Shown here: piece by piece, positions 49,834 to 62,354 of the stretch
Layout: every line of letters starts with the position of its first letter
Numbering within the stretch: the first letter of the stretch is position 1
From: Callorhinchus milii
Lineage: Eukaryota
Direction: 5' to 3'
DNA: 64,000 bases
Assembly (NCBI RefSeq): GCF_018977255.1
Contig: NW_024704742.1
Span: forward strand, 114,206,001 to 114,270,000
The notes under the pieces: generated by a model
Database searches by the model: none
Seen by the model: the letters and a program-made list of their open reading frames with translations, nothing else
What the model was told of the DNA's origin: nothing
Translations under genes and position numbers: made by a program

Positions 49834-52800
49834 CTATGAGCAAATGAATATAAATGAGTGTAAATTATTCTGAATGTAAACTTTAATCACATTAGATCAT
49901 TAGCTTACAAACCAACTCTATTGTAAATTTAACTGCACACTCTTGCAATGAACGGATTTGTGCTTATGTTTTCATAACCATCAAAACTGTACTCGGTACT
50001 GTACAACTGTACTCAGCTGTAGATTTTAACTTGCTGCTCAATTGCAAATACAACATTGACACAAATTTAATTTATGGTAGGAGCTCAATTTATTTTATTT
50101 TCAATGATTTGTGGAATCGCTCTTCTGTATTTTTGCTTCAGTAAACTTCAAGCTGCTGTTTACTTCTTCATCATAGCGTTATTAAAATAATAAATCCATA
50201 GGTCACTTCAAACCAATTGAATCATTTTAACAGTTAACTTTATCTTAATTTTACAGAATCTCACACTCTAGGCCAACAACAAGTTTTCCAGAGAAGAACC
50301 AAGCATTACAAATCAAATATGAGCACATGACCAAAACAGTAATATATTTAGAGCTCACATTTCAATGATTTGTGAGCAGAAGATCTCTCACTGGGCTGCT
50401 ATGCATTCAAATACATTACATATTGACATTAGGAAGTCGAAAATAAAAAGGATCAACACCCTCCCCCATAATCTTCCTTTCCTCCGCAACATCAGGAAAT
50501 CGGATGCATATATTTTCTCTCCTCCAGTTAACTGTCATTGCATATTAGGAATCAGTTATAGTAATTAACTCTTTCCTGCCCAGACACCAAATACAATAAT
50601 GTGGCCCACTGCATCTGACTTTGTATACAGTATAACCTTTTACTGTGACATACAAAATATTTCCTTGAATTTTAATTGCGCATCTAAATCTGTTGAAACT
50701 TACATTTCTTCTAAAAAGTATATTAACTTGAAATATGGACTTGATCCGATTAGGGCGACAGTAATACAACGGCTGCTACATTCCTCAGAATTGCATATCA
50801 CTGCAACCTTTGAAGAGGCCGCCTCCACTAATCAAAGGATGCAGTAGCACACGATCACATTCTAATGCACAAGATTTAGCAATAAAAGGTTTGCTCTTTT
50901 TCTAAAATGCTTGTTTTTTTTAGGCATTCAATTACTCTCCATTTCTTCATCCAAACCTTTAACAGAAATTTAACAGGAAAATATATTTGCTTAATTCAAA
51001 ATGCAACAACCAAACACACATTGGTAGACTTGTTTCTTATTAAAGGCATTCTATATCTATACTAATATTTTTCATATTGTATATGACTGCTTAATTTGCT
51101 TTAATGATAAAAGCAATGGTAAGGTATCTGGCGCTGTGCATTTTCACAAATTTTCACAAATATTGCAAATACAAAAGCCTCAAATTTTATGTAGAATTCT
51201 AATGACTTGGGTGGCATAAGAGAAATGCTGAGCACAACAAGCTGATATGGAGGTTACAATACAGTTCATCAACCAAACCAAATCTCCCTCTTAACAACAT
51301 TAAACTTCAATGTCCTGGTTACTTTCTCTAGATTCAAAATAATCAATCCTTCAAATTGAGGCAAGGGTTAATACCCCAAAAAAGCTTATTTTTAGCTATA
51401 CATATCTTTTAAGGTTGAACTAGCAAGTTACAAACATCACAAGCTTCTATCACTTTCCCTCGGGCAATTGTTCACTAGCCACTAAACAAACAGTGTTTGC
51501 ATGATAAATTGGATTAAGAGATCTTGGTCTGGGAAAAACAAATGAGCAGCTAAGGTAAAAATCACTTTCAATTTGAGAAATGAAAAATTCTCCATCAGTG
51601 AGACTACCTTCACAGAAATGAAATGAAATTTACTGTGCTTAGTTAACATTCTATGGTTTAAACATGATCAAATTAATTGTGGAATAAAATTCTCAACACT
51701 GTTCGATTGGATATTCAATTTTTGTATAAAGGAATAAAGATGACAAAAGGCAATTATAAATATTTAAATATAATTTTCTGCAATAATGATTTTATTTTAG
51801 CAAACAGTTTAATGGCACTTAGTTTACAAATGCTGTCCACCATGAGACATTCTGATTTGCTGGGCTAAAAATAACAACAGCAGCAAATGCAAATGTAAGG
51901 ATTATTAGAAATTACAAAAAGTACCTCTAGTCACCATTTTAACAAAATGAGTCACATGATCTTTCACTGTAGTTCTCCAATTTTAATCTGTATTCCGCTC
52001 ATATTATGTAATTTACTCATTACGCTCTGCCCATGGCTACCCGGAGATTAAGAATATGGAAGAAGGAATCTCTGAAATATTCATACGTTTTTTTATAGAA
52101 CGGTTTAGGAGCAGGAAATTGTTTCAGTGAAATATTTTTGCTATGCAATATGATGGACTGGCAATCTCCAAGAGAACAAACATTTGGCAATGGCAACAAT
52201 ACTACAAGGGAAAACAATTGCATTGTAACAAGCAGTTCATAAAATCGCCCATTTTAATGCATTCCTCTTTGGGCTGGAAGAATTCTAAATACAGTGGACA
52301 TTCACAACATTTTAACTAACCACCTGAACCACCTCCACAATCTTAGATCTTAATGCCTGGCTGCCAGGATTCAGATAAACATTCTACTGAAATCTACATT
52401 ATTTTAATTGTTTTGATGGGTACAATTTATTTACAGAAGCTTCCTTTTTCTTCTTTAGGGATTACACCATCTCTGGGAACAACGCTCTGTGGAATTCTTT
52501 ATTTTCAGTAGTGTATTTAAACATTAACATAGCCACTTTAGTCATTTATTTTTTTCAGCTTGTCTGCAGTGCACATGTGGCACACAGGACTGCCCGAGTA
52601 TATATCCAGCCGTGTGAACAGTATGTCTCAAACAAGATAGAAATCAATCTTGGTTACTATTTAATATTATAATAACCTTATTGCTCTTTCCTCCAGCTGG
52701 AAATAAGGTTGGCAGTTCCAAAGTCCCAAACAATCTGGGGACTGGATGATGTGTTACAAGAAATTTTCTTTCTAAATCATTTCACAGGTTTTAAAAATCA

Positions 52801-54490
52801 TCTGCTACAGTGTCTATCAGATCTGCCCAAACATTAAAATTACAAAAACTTTCTGCCTTACTTAAGATAACTATGGAACACAACCTTTATGTATTAAAAA
52901 TAGGCACACTACAATTTTTTTAAAAAAATGCTAATCTCAGTTGCCTTTTTACATAATATTCTACAGGGCTAAAATGGTGACTGTCACATTTCAAAAAAGT
53001 AATCCCAAAAGGTCCAGCCTTTAATCATCCAACTATGGCCAATAAACCCATGGCAATCAAACATTCCAATTTCTTTTAACCAATAAAAAAAACAGTTGGG
53101 ATTGGTAAGATTTTACAATTTAGAATACAAAGGAAGACGCCAAAACAAAATCTCCATGTTTTACTTCTGTTTATGTCACACACATATACACAATTGAACA
53201 CTCCTACTGGCATTTTATTAGGTAGCTGCATAATAATTGTATTATACAGAGGTAATATAAATGCAAACATCTGCCTCATCCTTTGCAATGGGAATATGCT
53301 ATTTGGCTTCTTCACCTACAAAATATACAGTCACTACACTTTACAGAAAAATACTGTGAAGTGCTTGAGACATCCACTCAATGTGAGAGTCACTATATCA
53401 AATACAAAGCCTGTTATTTTCTTAAATGATGACAGCATTTATGTAACAATGGACTTGTCTGTTTGTATCAATTAAATACTAACAAGAGAAAGATCAGATC
53501 ATCAAGATTTCAATAATCTACTGTATTTTAATATTAAGACTTACATTTGATATAGCGCTTTAGCACATCTTTGAAATGTCTCAAAGTGCTTCAAGAATAT
53601 ACTGTAAAGTAAATTGACTGTATATTTTGTGGATGAAATTACTTTACATTAATTACTCAGATAGAATCTAGACTTCTTGAATCCTTTGAAGGACATCAGA
53701 ACTATGCTTTCGGGCACTGCACCCAGTTCAGTAGTCGACGGTTCCTATAAAGCACACCCGCAGGAAACGAAATATTTTTGAACCAACATTAAAAAGTTTT
53801 ACTCCAGGGTCTGGTTTAGAAACAGCTCAGAAATAGAGGATGCAGATCTCCTGTCTATAGCAGCTGTTAACAGCCTCGAGTGAATTGAACTCAGGCGATC
53901 TCAAACCACTTCCAAATAGATGAACAAGAACTTCAGAAATTATTAGGGCATGACATTCTCAGACTATTTAAAGGATAAATAAAACAGAAATTTAAACTCG
54001 GAATTATTATATATATAAAGACGCAAAAGAAAAATGATAAATTGAAATATCTGGACATTTATATTATGGTTGCTTTCTCCAGTCAATCTGAAGAAAATTA
54101 AAACTACAGAAATTTCTTTGTACGCACCACTGAAATATTGCTCCTAGCATTAAATTAGACATGAGTTTCACAACTACACATATATGTTGTTTTGACAGTT
54201 AGGAAAGGAAAATGAAGAAGGTCTCTGGAATATGGAATCCCAAACCCAAATTAATCAAGTTAAACAAAAATATAAATATTTCTCATTATGATATTCCACC
54301 TGATTTGTATTTCATTGGGTTGACTTGGGTAAATCTTAATCTCATTTTGGGTAGATATAGCATTTGGGGCGCTGAACCTTAAAACTTCACATCCTAAGAA
54401 TCTGATGAGATTAGGAAAGAAAAGGTGTTTTTGTGAGTCGTTAACATATCCAAGGCTAAAAATAGTTTACTTATTAGCCATAACCCTTAC

Positions 54491-54519
54491 CTTGGAAATA
54501 CCGTCCATGTCTCCGGAGC
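54491..54519 (-). CDS. SSBP2: SSBP2 29-nt micro-exon, (G)SGDMDGISK
   Basis: ttttaatttcag|GCTCCGGAGACATGGACGGTATTTCCAAG|gtaagg, phase 1 in and phase 0 out. The ...ISK ending matches SSBP2 (GSGDMDSISK) rather than SSBP3/4 (...LPK). Confidence 0.93.
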
Positions 54520-56099
54520 CTGAAATTAAAAGGCAGACATCCTAATTAGTTTTTGTTTCATCCATCTGAGCTCTATTCCTTCCCTGCAGCATTTTGATAG
54601 GGGCCTTACAGATTTTCACTCAGGTAGAAACCATAATCTGCCCAAAAATATCTGAAGTAAATTAATCAAGCAATACAATTTTTGTGACATTACTACTTTA
54701 CCATTTTCAGAAACACTGCTATGATTACAGGTCTTAACAATGAGCAGTAATTTGGGAAAAGTAACGGAGTGAATTTTTATGTTTTCATTACACCTGCAAC
54801 ATAGATCAATACAAAAACAGCTTTTTGTACAGGATTTGTATTTTTCTTCTAACCTTAATAATATATGGAAGGTATGCTCACTTTATATTTAATGAAAGTC
54901 ATACCATTGTCAACTGTCCATTCATACACCAAAGCATCAAAATGTTACCTGGTCTTAGCCTGAAAGACCATTTTATCATAACATTTTAAATCATGCATAA
55001 TTGCCAAAAACATTTTTTACTTTGTGGAGTTCTAAAAAAAAATCTTGCAAATTAAGATTGAATTTAAGAATGGTGCATTATTCTGCCTGATTTTAAATTT
55101 TAAGACAAAGTGGTTTTAATGATAAGGCTAAATTAGATATATTTTGGGCTGCAGTTTTTGCACATTGTTTGGTTGTCAATTTGTTTTACCTCAAACATGT
55201 ATATTGTCCTTTTTATCAAAGTTGCTAATCTTCCCCTTCAATTGTCTTTCAAATTGCTGATGTCTGTCTGACAGTGTTCTACCAGTTGTTCTATCAGGTA
55301 TTTGTTATAAGACAGACTAGAATTTTATACAAAAATAATCAGTACTGTGGGTCCCTTGAGTGGTAAAACCTCAGGACTGCGTACACATTTGCAATTCAAC
55401 CTATTCATTGCTCATTCTTTTAATTTTACTTGTTCTATTTTTAGCTCCATTTTTGTTGCTAAAAGTACCAACTACTACTACACATTGTCCTTCAGCCAGG
55501 GAGCAAGACAGTCTATTTCTTTAAAACATGTCAACGCAATTCCGGCACTACAATTCTTATAATATACAATGCTTGGTTTCAAGAGCTATGCGATAATAAT
55601 TGCACAGATTTATTTATTTAGTACTCGTGACCCTCCTTTTTAATGTATTTTTTATGGGTAGCACAGTTAATAAATGCTGAAATTAGAAGCAAAGAAATTT
55701 ACAGCACAGAAGGCCATTTGGCTCATCATGTCTGTGTTGGACTTGTCCAGGAGGCTCTAGATTCAAATTTACAAGGGTCCACTCAGCTCTTCATCCGTTA
55801 AAAGTTGTTAAATTGAGTTTGGGAAACATTTAGGAGGGGGGGGGAGGAGGTAATAGGATCTTTCTAGAGTCGAAGTGGCTCTGAATAATCACACCCAGGT
55901 GGGCAGGTCTGAAGTGAATCAAGGTTGACCAGTGAATCGTGAATTACTCTCTTTGAGGCATACACATGTCCTCAAGCAACAAGCCACAATTTTCACAAGG
56001 GGAGTTCTACCTAGAAAAAACACATAATACATGGTTACCATGCAGTGGTACTATATGAAGAGTTGCTATATGTCTTGTACCTTAAGGCAATCTAGAAAG

Positions 56100-58285
56100 T
56101 ACTGATTTATAACTTCTGGTTGATCAGCAACAAATAAAAAAATAAAATTCTAGGTTTTACATAAAAAGAACTGAATACAAAAGCGAGAAGATGATACTGA
56201 ATTTGTATAAGACATTTGTTAGACTCCAGTGGGAGTATTCCATACCACATTATAGAAAGGAATCAGAGCCTTGAGAGGGTACACAGGTTCACTAGAACAT
56301 TATTAGGGATGAGAGCTTTATCGCTATGTGGAGAGACAAACAACTGGGACTGTTTTTGAGAAGGTATACTAGGAGATTTCATTTTTAAAATGATGAATGG
56401 TTTTGAAAGGACAAATAGGAAGACTATTTTCACTGATTCATGAGTGAGTAAGAAGTGAGCCAAAACTATCACAGGAAGAAAAAGAAGACAATTCCATAGA
56501 ATGTAAAAGGGAATTGGATAACTATTTCAAGAAGATAATATTAAAGTAAATGGAGAAAAAAACAAGGAAATAGGATTAGGTGGCCTCAACAGGGGAACTA
56601 GCAGCACCAACAACAACTTGCATTTATATATCGCCTTTCATGTGGGGTAGCATCTTGGAGTGCTTAACAGTGGTGGAGCCTGATGGGAGGAAGGAGGTGA
56701 ATGTAAGCACAGTCAAAGAGGAAGGTCCAGGTCTGAAAAAGGGAAGGAAGAACATGGGCAAGTGGATGGATTGAGGGAGAGCGTTCCAGCTTCGGGGCAT
56801 AGTGGCTGAAAGCATGGTCGGTGATGGTAGAGTGAAAGGACAGAGGGACAAACAGGAGGTTGGAGCCAGGTGAGCGGAGGTGGCAGGTGGTGAAGTGGGG
56901 GTTAAGCAGATTGGAAAGGTAGGGGGTAACAGGGCAGGAAGGGATTTGTAGACGATGTTGAAGTTGATCCAGGTGATAGGGAGTCAGTGGAGTCTGGCAA
57001 GAACAGGTATGGAGTTTAAAGCAGGTGAGTATGCATGGGGTGAAGTAGTTGGATTTTTTGGGCAATGGAGCTGGGGAGACTGGTGAGGAGGGCATTGGAA
57101 TAATCGAGGCAGGAGGTAAGAAAAGCGCAGATGAAGGTTTCGGCTGCATTGGTTGTGACGAAGTCAGAGAGGGTAATGTGACAGGTTTGCAAGGAGGCAG
57201 ACAATATGAACTGAACTTCTTTCTGTGCTGTAATTTTATGATTTTTGATTGTAGATCATCATGCAGGGTGTTTTAGAGAACCACGGTGACCTGACCAGGT
57301 TTAGGATAATGCATAATAAATAATAACAATAATACTCTCATTCAATATAGCGCCTTTGAGACTACTCAAAGCACTTCACAGTGTATGCTGTAAAGACTCA
57401 TCTCCCAAACCTCCCTTAGTCTATCCCCCTATTTCTCTGGCGATATCCCCTCTTTTGAGCACCTCACCCTCTACTATCCCTCCTCCTCTCTTCTTCAAAA
57501 TTCTCCTAGTTTACCGCCCCCCCACCCAACCTCCTGTCTCCTTCCTCGCGGACATCTCCCCTCAGCCCTGCCCCTCTGCACAAAATGCTTGATCATAATA
57601 GGCGATTTCAACCTTCATCTAAATTCCCCCTGCTCCATCTCCTCTGACTTCTTCTCTCTGCCACACCCACAGCACAGAGACAGCACTCCTCAATGTAACA
57701 AATGACGTTCTCTCTCTCTCTGACGAGGGCTCCCTCTGTCTGCTCTGGACCTCTCTGCCGTGTTCGACACAGTCGATTATGTCATTCTCCTCCACCGCCT
57801 CTCCTGCCTCATCCACCTTAACAAACCGCCAACATCTCAGCAAATATTTTTTCCTCCTACACCCACATGGTAACCTGCGGGGTACTCCAAGGCTCCATAC
57901 TTTGACCCCTTCTTTTCGTTATCTATGTGTTCCCTCTCAGCTATGTCATCCGCAGACATGGGGTCAACTTCCACATGTATGCAGATGAGACCCAAATCTA
58001 CATCTCCTCCTCCAGCTGCGACTCCCAGTCCACTGATGTTCTGTCAGCTTGTTTGACAGACATCCTAGCCTGGATGTGCACAAATTTCCTGCAGCTGAAT
58101 GTTGGCAAGACGGAAGTCATACTGTTTGGCTCCCGTTAACGTCTTCTCTCCTGTGGGTCTGAACTCCTCAAACTCCCCGGGCTCTCCCTCAGACTCACCG
58201 AACCTGCGCGCAACTTAGGCATCAGGTTCGATCCCCAGATTTCCTTTCTACCTGACATCCATTCCCTGACCAGGACCACTTTTTT
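56100..58285. mobile_element. Cluster of LINE fragments: CR1 (about 56100-56580 plus), L2 (56608-57200 minus), L2 EN/RT pieces (about 57400-58285 plus)
   Basis: VYRPP, IIGDFN, LLDLS..FDTVD, GVNFHMYADETQIY and FLQLNVGKTEVILFGS are L2 ORF2 motifs. Confidence 0.85.
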
Positions 58286-58766
58286 TTGTGTATACGCATG
58301 TCAAAATCCTATTAATTTCAAAGATAAATAAAACTGAAATCCATTTGTTTTCTTGCACAAAATAAAATTTCATATAACTACCCCGATGTTATTGACAATG
58401 AGGCAAGTATGCTAAACTTCAATAAGAAAGAACAGAAAGAACAATAAGAAGGACTGTGCACACTGTTACTCAGGATCTTACAGAAAATAGCATCTCTAGT
58501 CCTTCAACCTCCGTTGTTTTATTTTCAAGAATAAACAAACTGTTGTTTAGCGAAGCAAATAGGATGATAGAAGGGATGAAACCAAGAAAAAATATTTTTG
58601 CTCAAGTGTCATAATTAAGAAGTACAATAATTAAGAGGATAACCATAAATTTTCAAATTGAGTAGCTTGTTAAGGTTAATTCTTTCTCTTGTACACAGAC
58701 ACACAGTAACTAAGAACCCACCAAGGGGTATAATAACATTAGCAAAAGGAACTGCTACCCACCTGA

Positions 58767-58872
58767 GGGCTGATTCTAATCAGTGAGCAGCTGCCTTAAC
58801 TTGGCATATCCCATTAAAACTGAATGAGATTTGACAACTTAAGGCTGTTGTGTGTGGATTGGAATTAGGCTC
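58767..58872. mobile_element. Short palindromic MITE-like element (Harbinger-like ends)
   Basis: Imperfect inverted arms of about 50 bp, gggctgattctaatc...cccatt and aatgag...gattggaattaggctc, around a 7-nt loop. Confidence 0.6.
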
Positions 58873-59039
58873 ACGTGGAATTACAATGTTCATATCAAGA
58901 AGTTTCCAAAACATACTTAGAATTATCATGAGCTTTACGCGTCAATCCTATCAACCAGTTTTCAAAAATATCATAAAATCACAAGAATTACATAAAGCTT
59001 GCAACATAAGATAAGAATTATTATCATATGTTATGTTAC

Positions 59040-59118
59040 CTAATGATCCATTCATGTGGTGTGGTTCCATTCCGCCCATTGCACCTATTGGACCATCTGA
59101 GCCAGGTCCCATTGGGAA
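59040..59118 (-). CDS. SSBP2: SSBP2 internal coding exon, [26 protein letters not shown](G)
   Basis: ttattgcag|TTCCCAATG...TCATTAG|gtaaca, 79 nt, phase 0 in and phase 1 out. This is the hallmark SSBP2/3/4 (SSDP) C-terminal peptide. Confidence 0.95.
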
Positions 59119-59613
59119 CTGCAATAAAGAAGGGACAGATCTTTTTGTATTTTTGTTAATGAGGTTCGATAAATTTCAAACTGGACATATTCAGGTACTG
59201 TCCCTAATGTTTCAATTTTACCTAACTTCAGTTGGTTCTTTGAAGGAAATATTACTCCCCCAATGCATGTGAAAGATTTAAGTATGAAACCATAAATGTT
59301 TCACTGAAATCTGGGCTTTATGAGGTATTGGCTTCTGTTCCTGAGAGGAAGACTTCTAGACATTTGTTTTTCCTTTTGCTTTCTCATGATTTCCCAGCTT
59401 CTACATTAACTATGGCTGAATCTATCACAGGAGATACATGAGAGATAGTCAGGGATGATTCTACATGGAGAAAATGGCAGTGCTCAGTGACATAGAGATT
59501 GAAGTGGATCTCAAGATAGATCAACAATTTACCATTTTGTGGTTCAGCGCATCAGAAAAACAATTATCAATAGGTAACGTAGATTGATATTAAAGATTAA
59601 TATTTCTACTTAC

Positions 59614-59684
59614 ATTAGACCTGTTTGCTCCAGGAGGTACTGCATTCATTATGGTGTACATATTATCGCTGGAGTTTGTTGAAT
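59614..59684 (-). CDS. SSBP2: SSBP2 internal coding exon, (D)STNSSDNMYTIMNAVPPGANRSN
   Basis: The minus strand reads ttactacag|ATTCAACAAAC...AGGTCTAAT|gtaagt, 71 nt, phase 1 in and phase 0 out. It matches the recalled human SSBP2 segment [24 protein letters not shown]. No upstream exons were found in 59.7-64 kb, so the gene presumably continues beyond the window. Confidence 0.93.
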
Positions 59685-60289
59685 CTGTAGTAACCAAAAT
59701 ACAATATTTTAAAATTTTGCTGTAGTCTTGAAGGAACCAGAGATCAATGGAATACTGAAGATATATTTCAAGACTTCATGCCATTATTTACTTAAACCAG
59801 AATGTGGAGAGACCAGTCTGCTCCTGGTTTTAAACACAGTTAGTCGTGTAATTGGCTTCAACAATTTTTGGATTGTCTGTAAGATTCTTTCAAAGACTCT
59901 TTACGTCATCTTTTTGTTCCATAGTTCTTGTTTGTATCAATAACATTTAATCCTCTAACAAATATGTTTGATACAATTGGATAAAACTTGTGTCAGGAAA
60001 ATAATACTATCTTCATCTGATTGAGGCTGGAAGGCAATAGAAGAATATGCAGCACAACAAAGGGGTGGCCCTGTGGAAATTGCCTCATTGAACATTGGAT
60101 GGCTAAGAGCAGCTACAGCACGGGTCTATTGTGGGCTTGGTCTATACTGGAAATGCAATAAATGCAGGCGGTTTAGCTGACTAAACTTCTGGGTAGTCGG
60201 TTGCCTTTGACGTCACTTTCTGCACTATGGCATGAACACCATGCACAGGAAACACCTCTAAATTCACTCCCAGCATGGTATAATATCGC

Positions 60290-60963
60290 TGCATTTGATA
60301 CAGCACCTTATAATAATAACAATAACCTTATCATGTCTTTGAGATGTCTCAAAGCGCTTCACAGAATATACTGTAAAGTGAATTGACTGTATATGTTGTG
60401 GGCGAAACTTGGCAGCCAATTGTGCACAGAAGTGTCCCACAAACAGTCATTGACTGAAGTGATCAATTTTTTTTAATGAATTATTACCCCCGGAAAAGCA
60501 ATCTGCCAATCGACTAACAACTGGTTCCTACTTACTACTAAGTAAACAGAGTGTGGAGTAAGGAAACTTGCCCCACATTTCGCCCGGGAATCAAACCCAG
60601 GTCTCTCGCTTGCGAGGCAAGTACTCTAACCACTGAACTACAGGCCTCCAAGTGTAATATTAATAATCATTGCATTTTGATATAGTGCTTTTCAGGTCTT
60701 CTAGACATCTCAAAGCGCTTCACAGAATATACTGTAAAGTGAATTGACTGTATATTTATGGGCAAAACACAGCAGCCAATTGCGCACAGCAGTGTCCCGC
60801 AAACAGTCATGGATTGAAGTGACCAATTTATTATTGTTTTTTTTTCTTGAGGGGTTATTATTAGGTGTGTGGAGTAAGAAAACTTGCCCAAGGTTTCACC
60901 CTGCCGGGAATCGAACCCAGGTCTCTCGCTTGCAAGGCCAGTGCTCTAACCACTGAGCTACAG
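60290..60963 (-). mobile_element. Two tandem SINEs (long subfamily 60290-60651, short subfamily 60660-60963)
   Basis: Both have the tRNA-Ala head and the family tail. Confidence 0.9.
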
Positions 60964-62024
60964 GTAGTGTTGGAAGCATCACTGTCCTCACTTTGTACTT
61001 CATTATAACAATTTTAACAGAAATATTAAGAATGTTGGAACTATTCTTTTTGGAAAGTGGGGAACTTTGCGGTGGCCTTAAAGAAGTTTCCAAAAAATGA
61101 AGAGAATAGGAAAACATGGCTAAACTGCTGAAACTGACTGGTGAAGTGCTAGAAAAAAGGAGATATTAAAAAAAAAACAGGAAATTAGGTGAAATTAGGA
61201 AATGCAACCGGAATAATTTTACACAAAGGGTAACTGACATATGGAATACGTTACTAGAGAAGGCCTCTAAGGAAATAGTACAACTAGGTCAAGAGATGTT
61301 TTTGGAAAAAGAGGGGAATAATGGATGTGTTTTTGGAAAATAGAAGAAATAATGGATATGTTTGATAAGTAGGAAGTTGGTACTTGAGAGCAAATAAAGG
61401 AGGGTGTTTTTTTTGGACCAAATGGCTTTTCTTGCCTTTCAAATTTCCTATATTCTCATTAAAACTGTAGTCATTTTGAGGCAAGGGGTTATTCCATATC
61501 CACCCCTGAAGGTAGAACAGAGAAATTAAAAGCACTTCCTTCCCCGAGATTGGTCAAAAACTAATGGATAAGGACACTCTTTTTCCTTTTTTTGTAAGTC
61601 TATTCCTCAGGGATTCCTAGTTAATTGATGCTAAGCCAAGGAACTGGTGTTTGGGCAATAAATATGGACACATGGGATGATTTCCATAAAACTTCACTGA
61701 TATGTCTGCATAAGCATAACCTTTAGACAAAATTAAACCTATTAAGTAGAACAGTTAGATAGGAGCTACTTTAAATAATTCAATTAACCCTTGAAGCACC
61801 ACAATATTTGCTACAATTACTGTTTGGCATTCCCATTTATTTATTTATTTAGGTAAAAGTTCATCTTGACACTTCCAACACATTTTTTCCTGGCTGTTTT
61901 TCTTCACTAACAATTAACCAATATTTCTAAAAATCAAATTTCTAGGTGTTATAACAAAAGGAAGATTTTGGGAGCTTAATGTGTTAAGCACTTTGAGACA
62001 TCCTCCCAATGTGAAAGTCCCATT

Positions 62025-62354
62025 GTGGAGTCCTGTAGCTCAGTGGTTAGAGCACTCGCTTTGCAAGCAAGAGACCTGAGTTCATTTCCAGGCAGGTCAG
62101 GGCGAAACCTTGGGCAAGTTTCCTTACTCCACACGCCTAATAATAATCCCTCCAAAAAACAAAAACAATAATTAAATTGGTCATTTTCAATCTATGACTG
62201 TTTGTGGGACATTGCTGTGCGCAATTGGCTGCCGCGTTCGCCCACAAATATACAGTCAACTCACTTTACAGTATATTCTGTGAAGCGCTTTGGGACGTCC
62301 TCCCGACGTGAAAAGCGCTATATCAAATGCAAGGATTATTATTATTATTATTAT
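62025..62354 (+). mobile_element. Full-length young tRNA-Ala SINE
   Basis: Near-consensus copy, preceded by a stray L2/SINE tail at 61980-62020. Confidence 0.93.

Noticed and set aside
59033..59272. Plus-strand 79-aa ORF
   Set aside because: It is the antisense shadow of the SSBP2 exon.
40854..59684. Assignment to SSBP3 or SSBP4
   Set aside because: The residues MNAVPPG, ISK and [13 protein letters not shown] fit SSBP2. The neighbour's terminal exon looks like ACOT12 rather than ACOT11, which neighbours SSBP3. A phylogenetic tree would confirm this.
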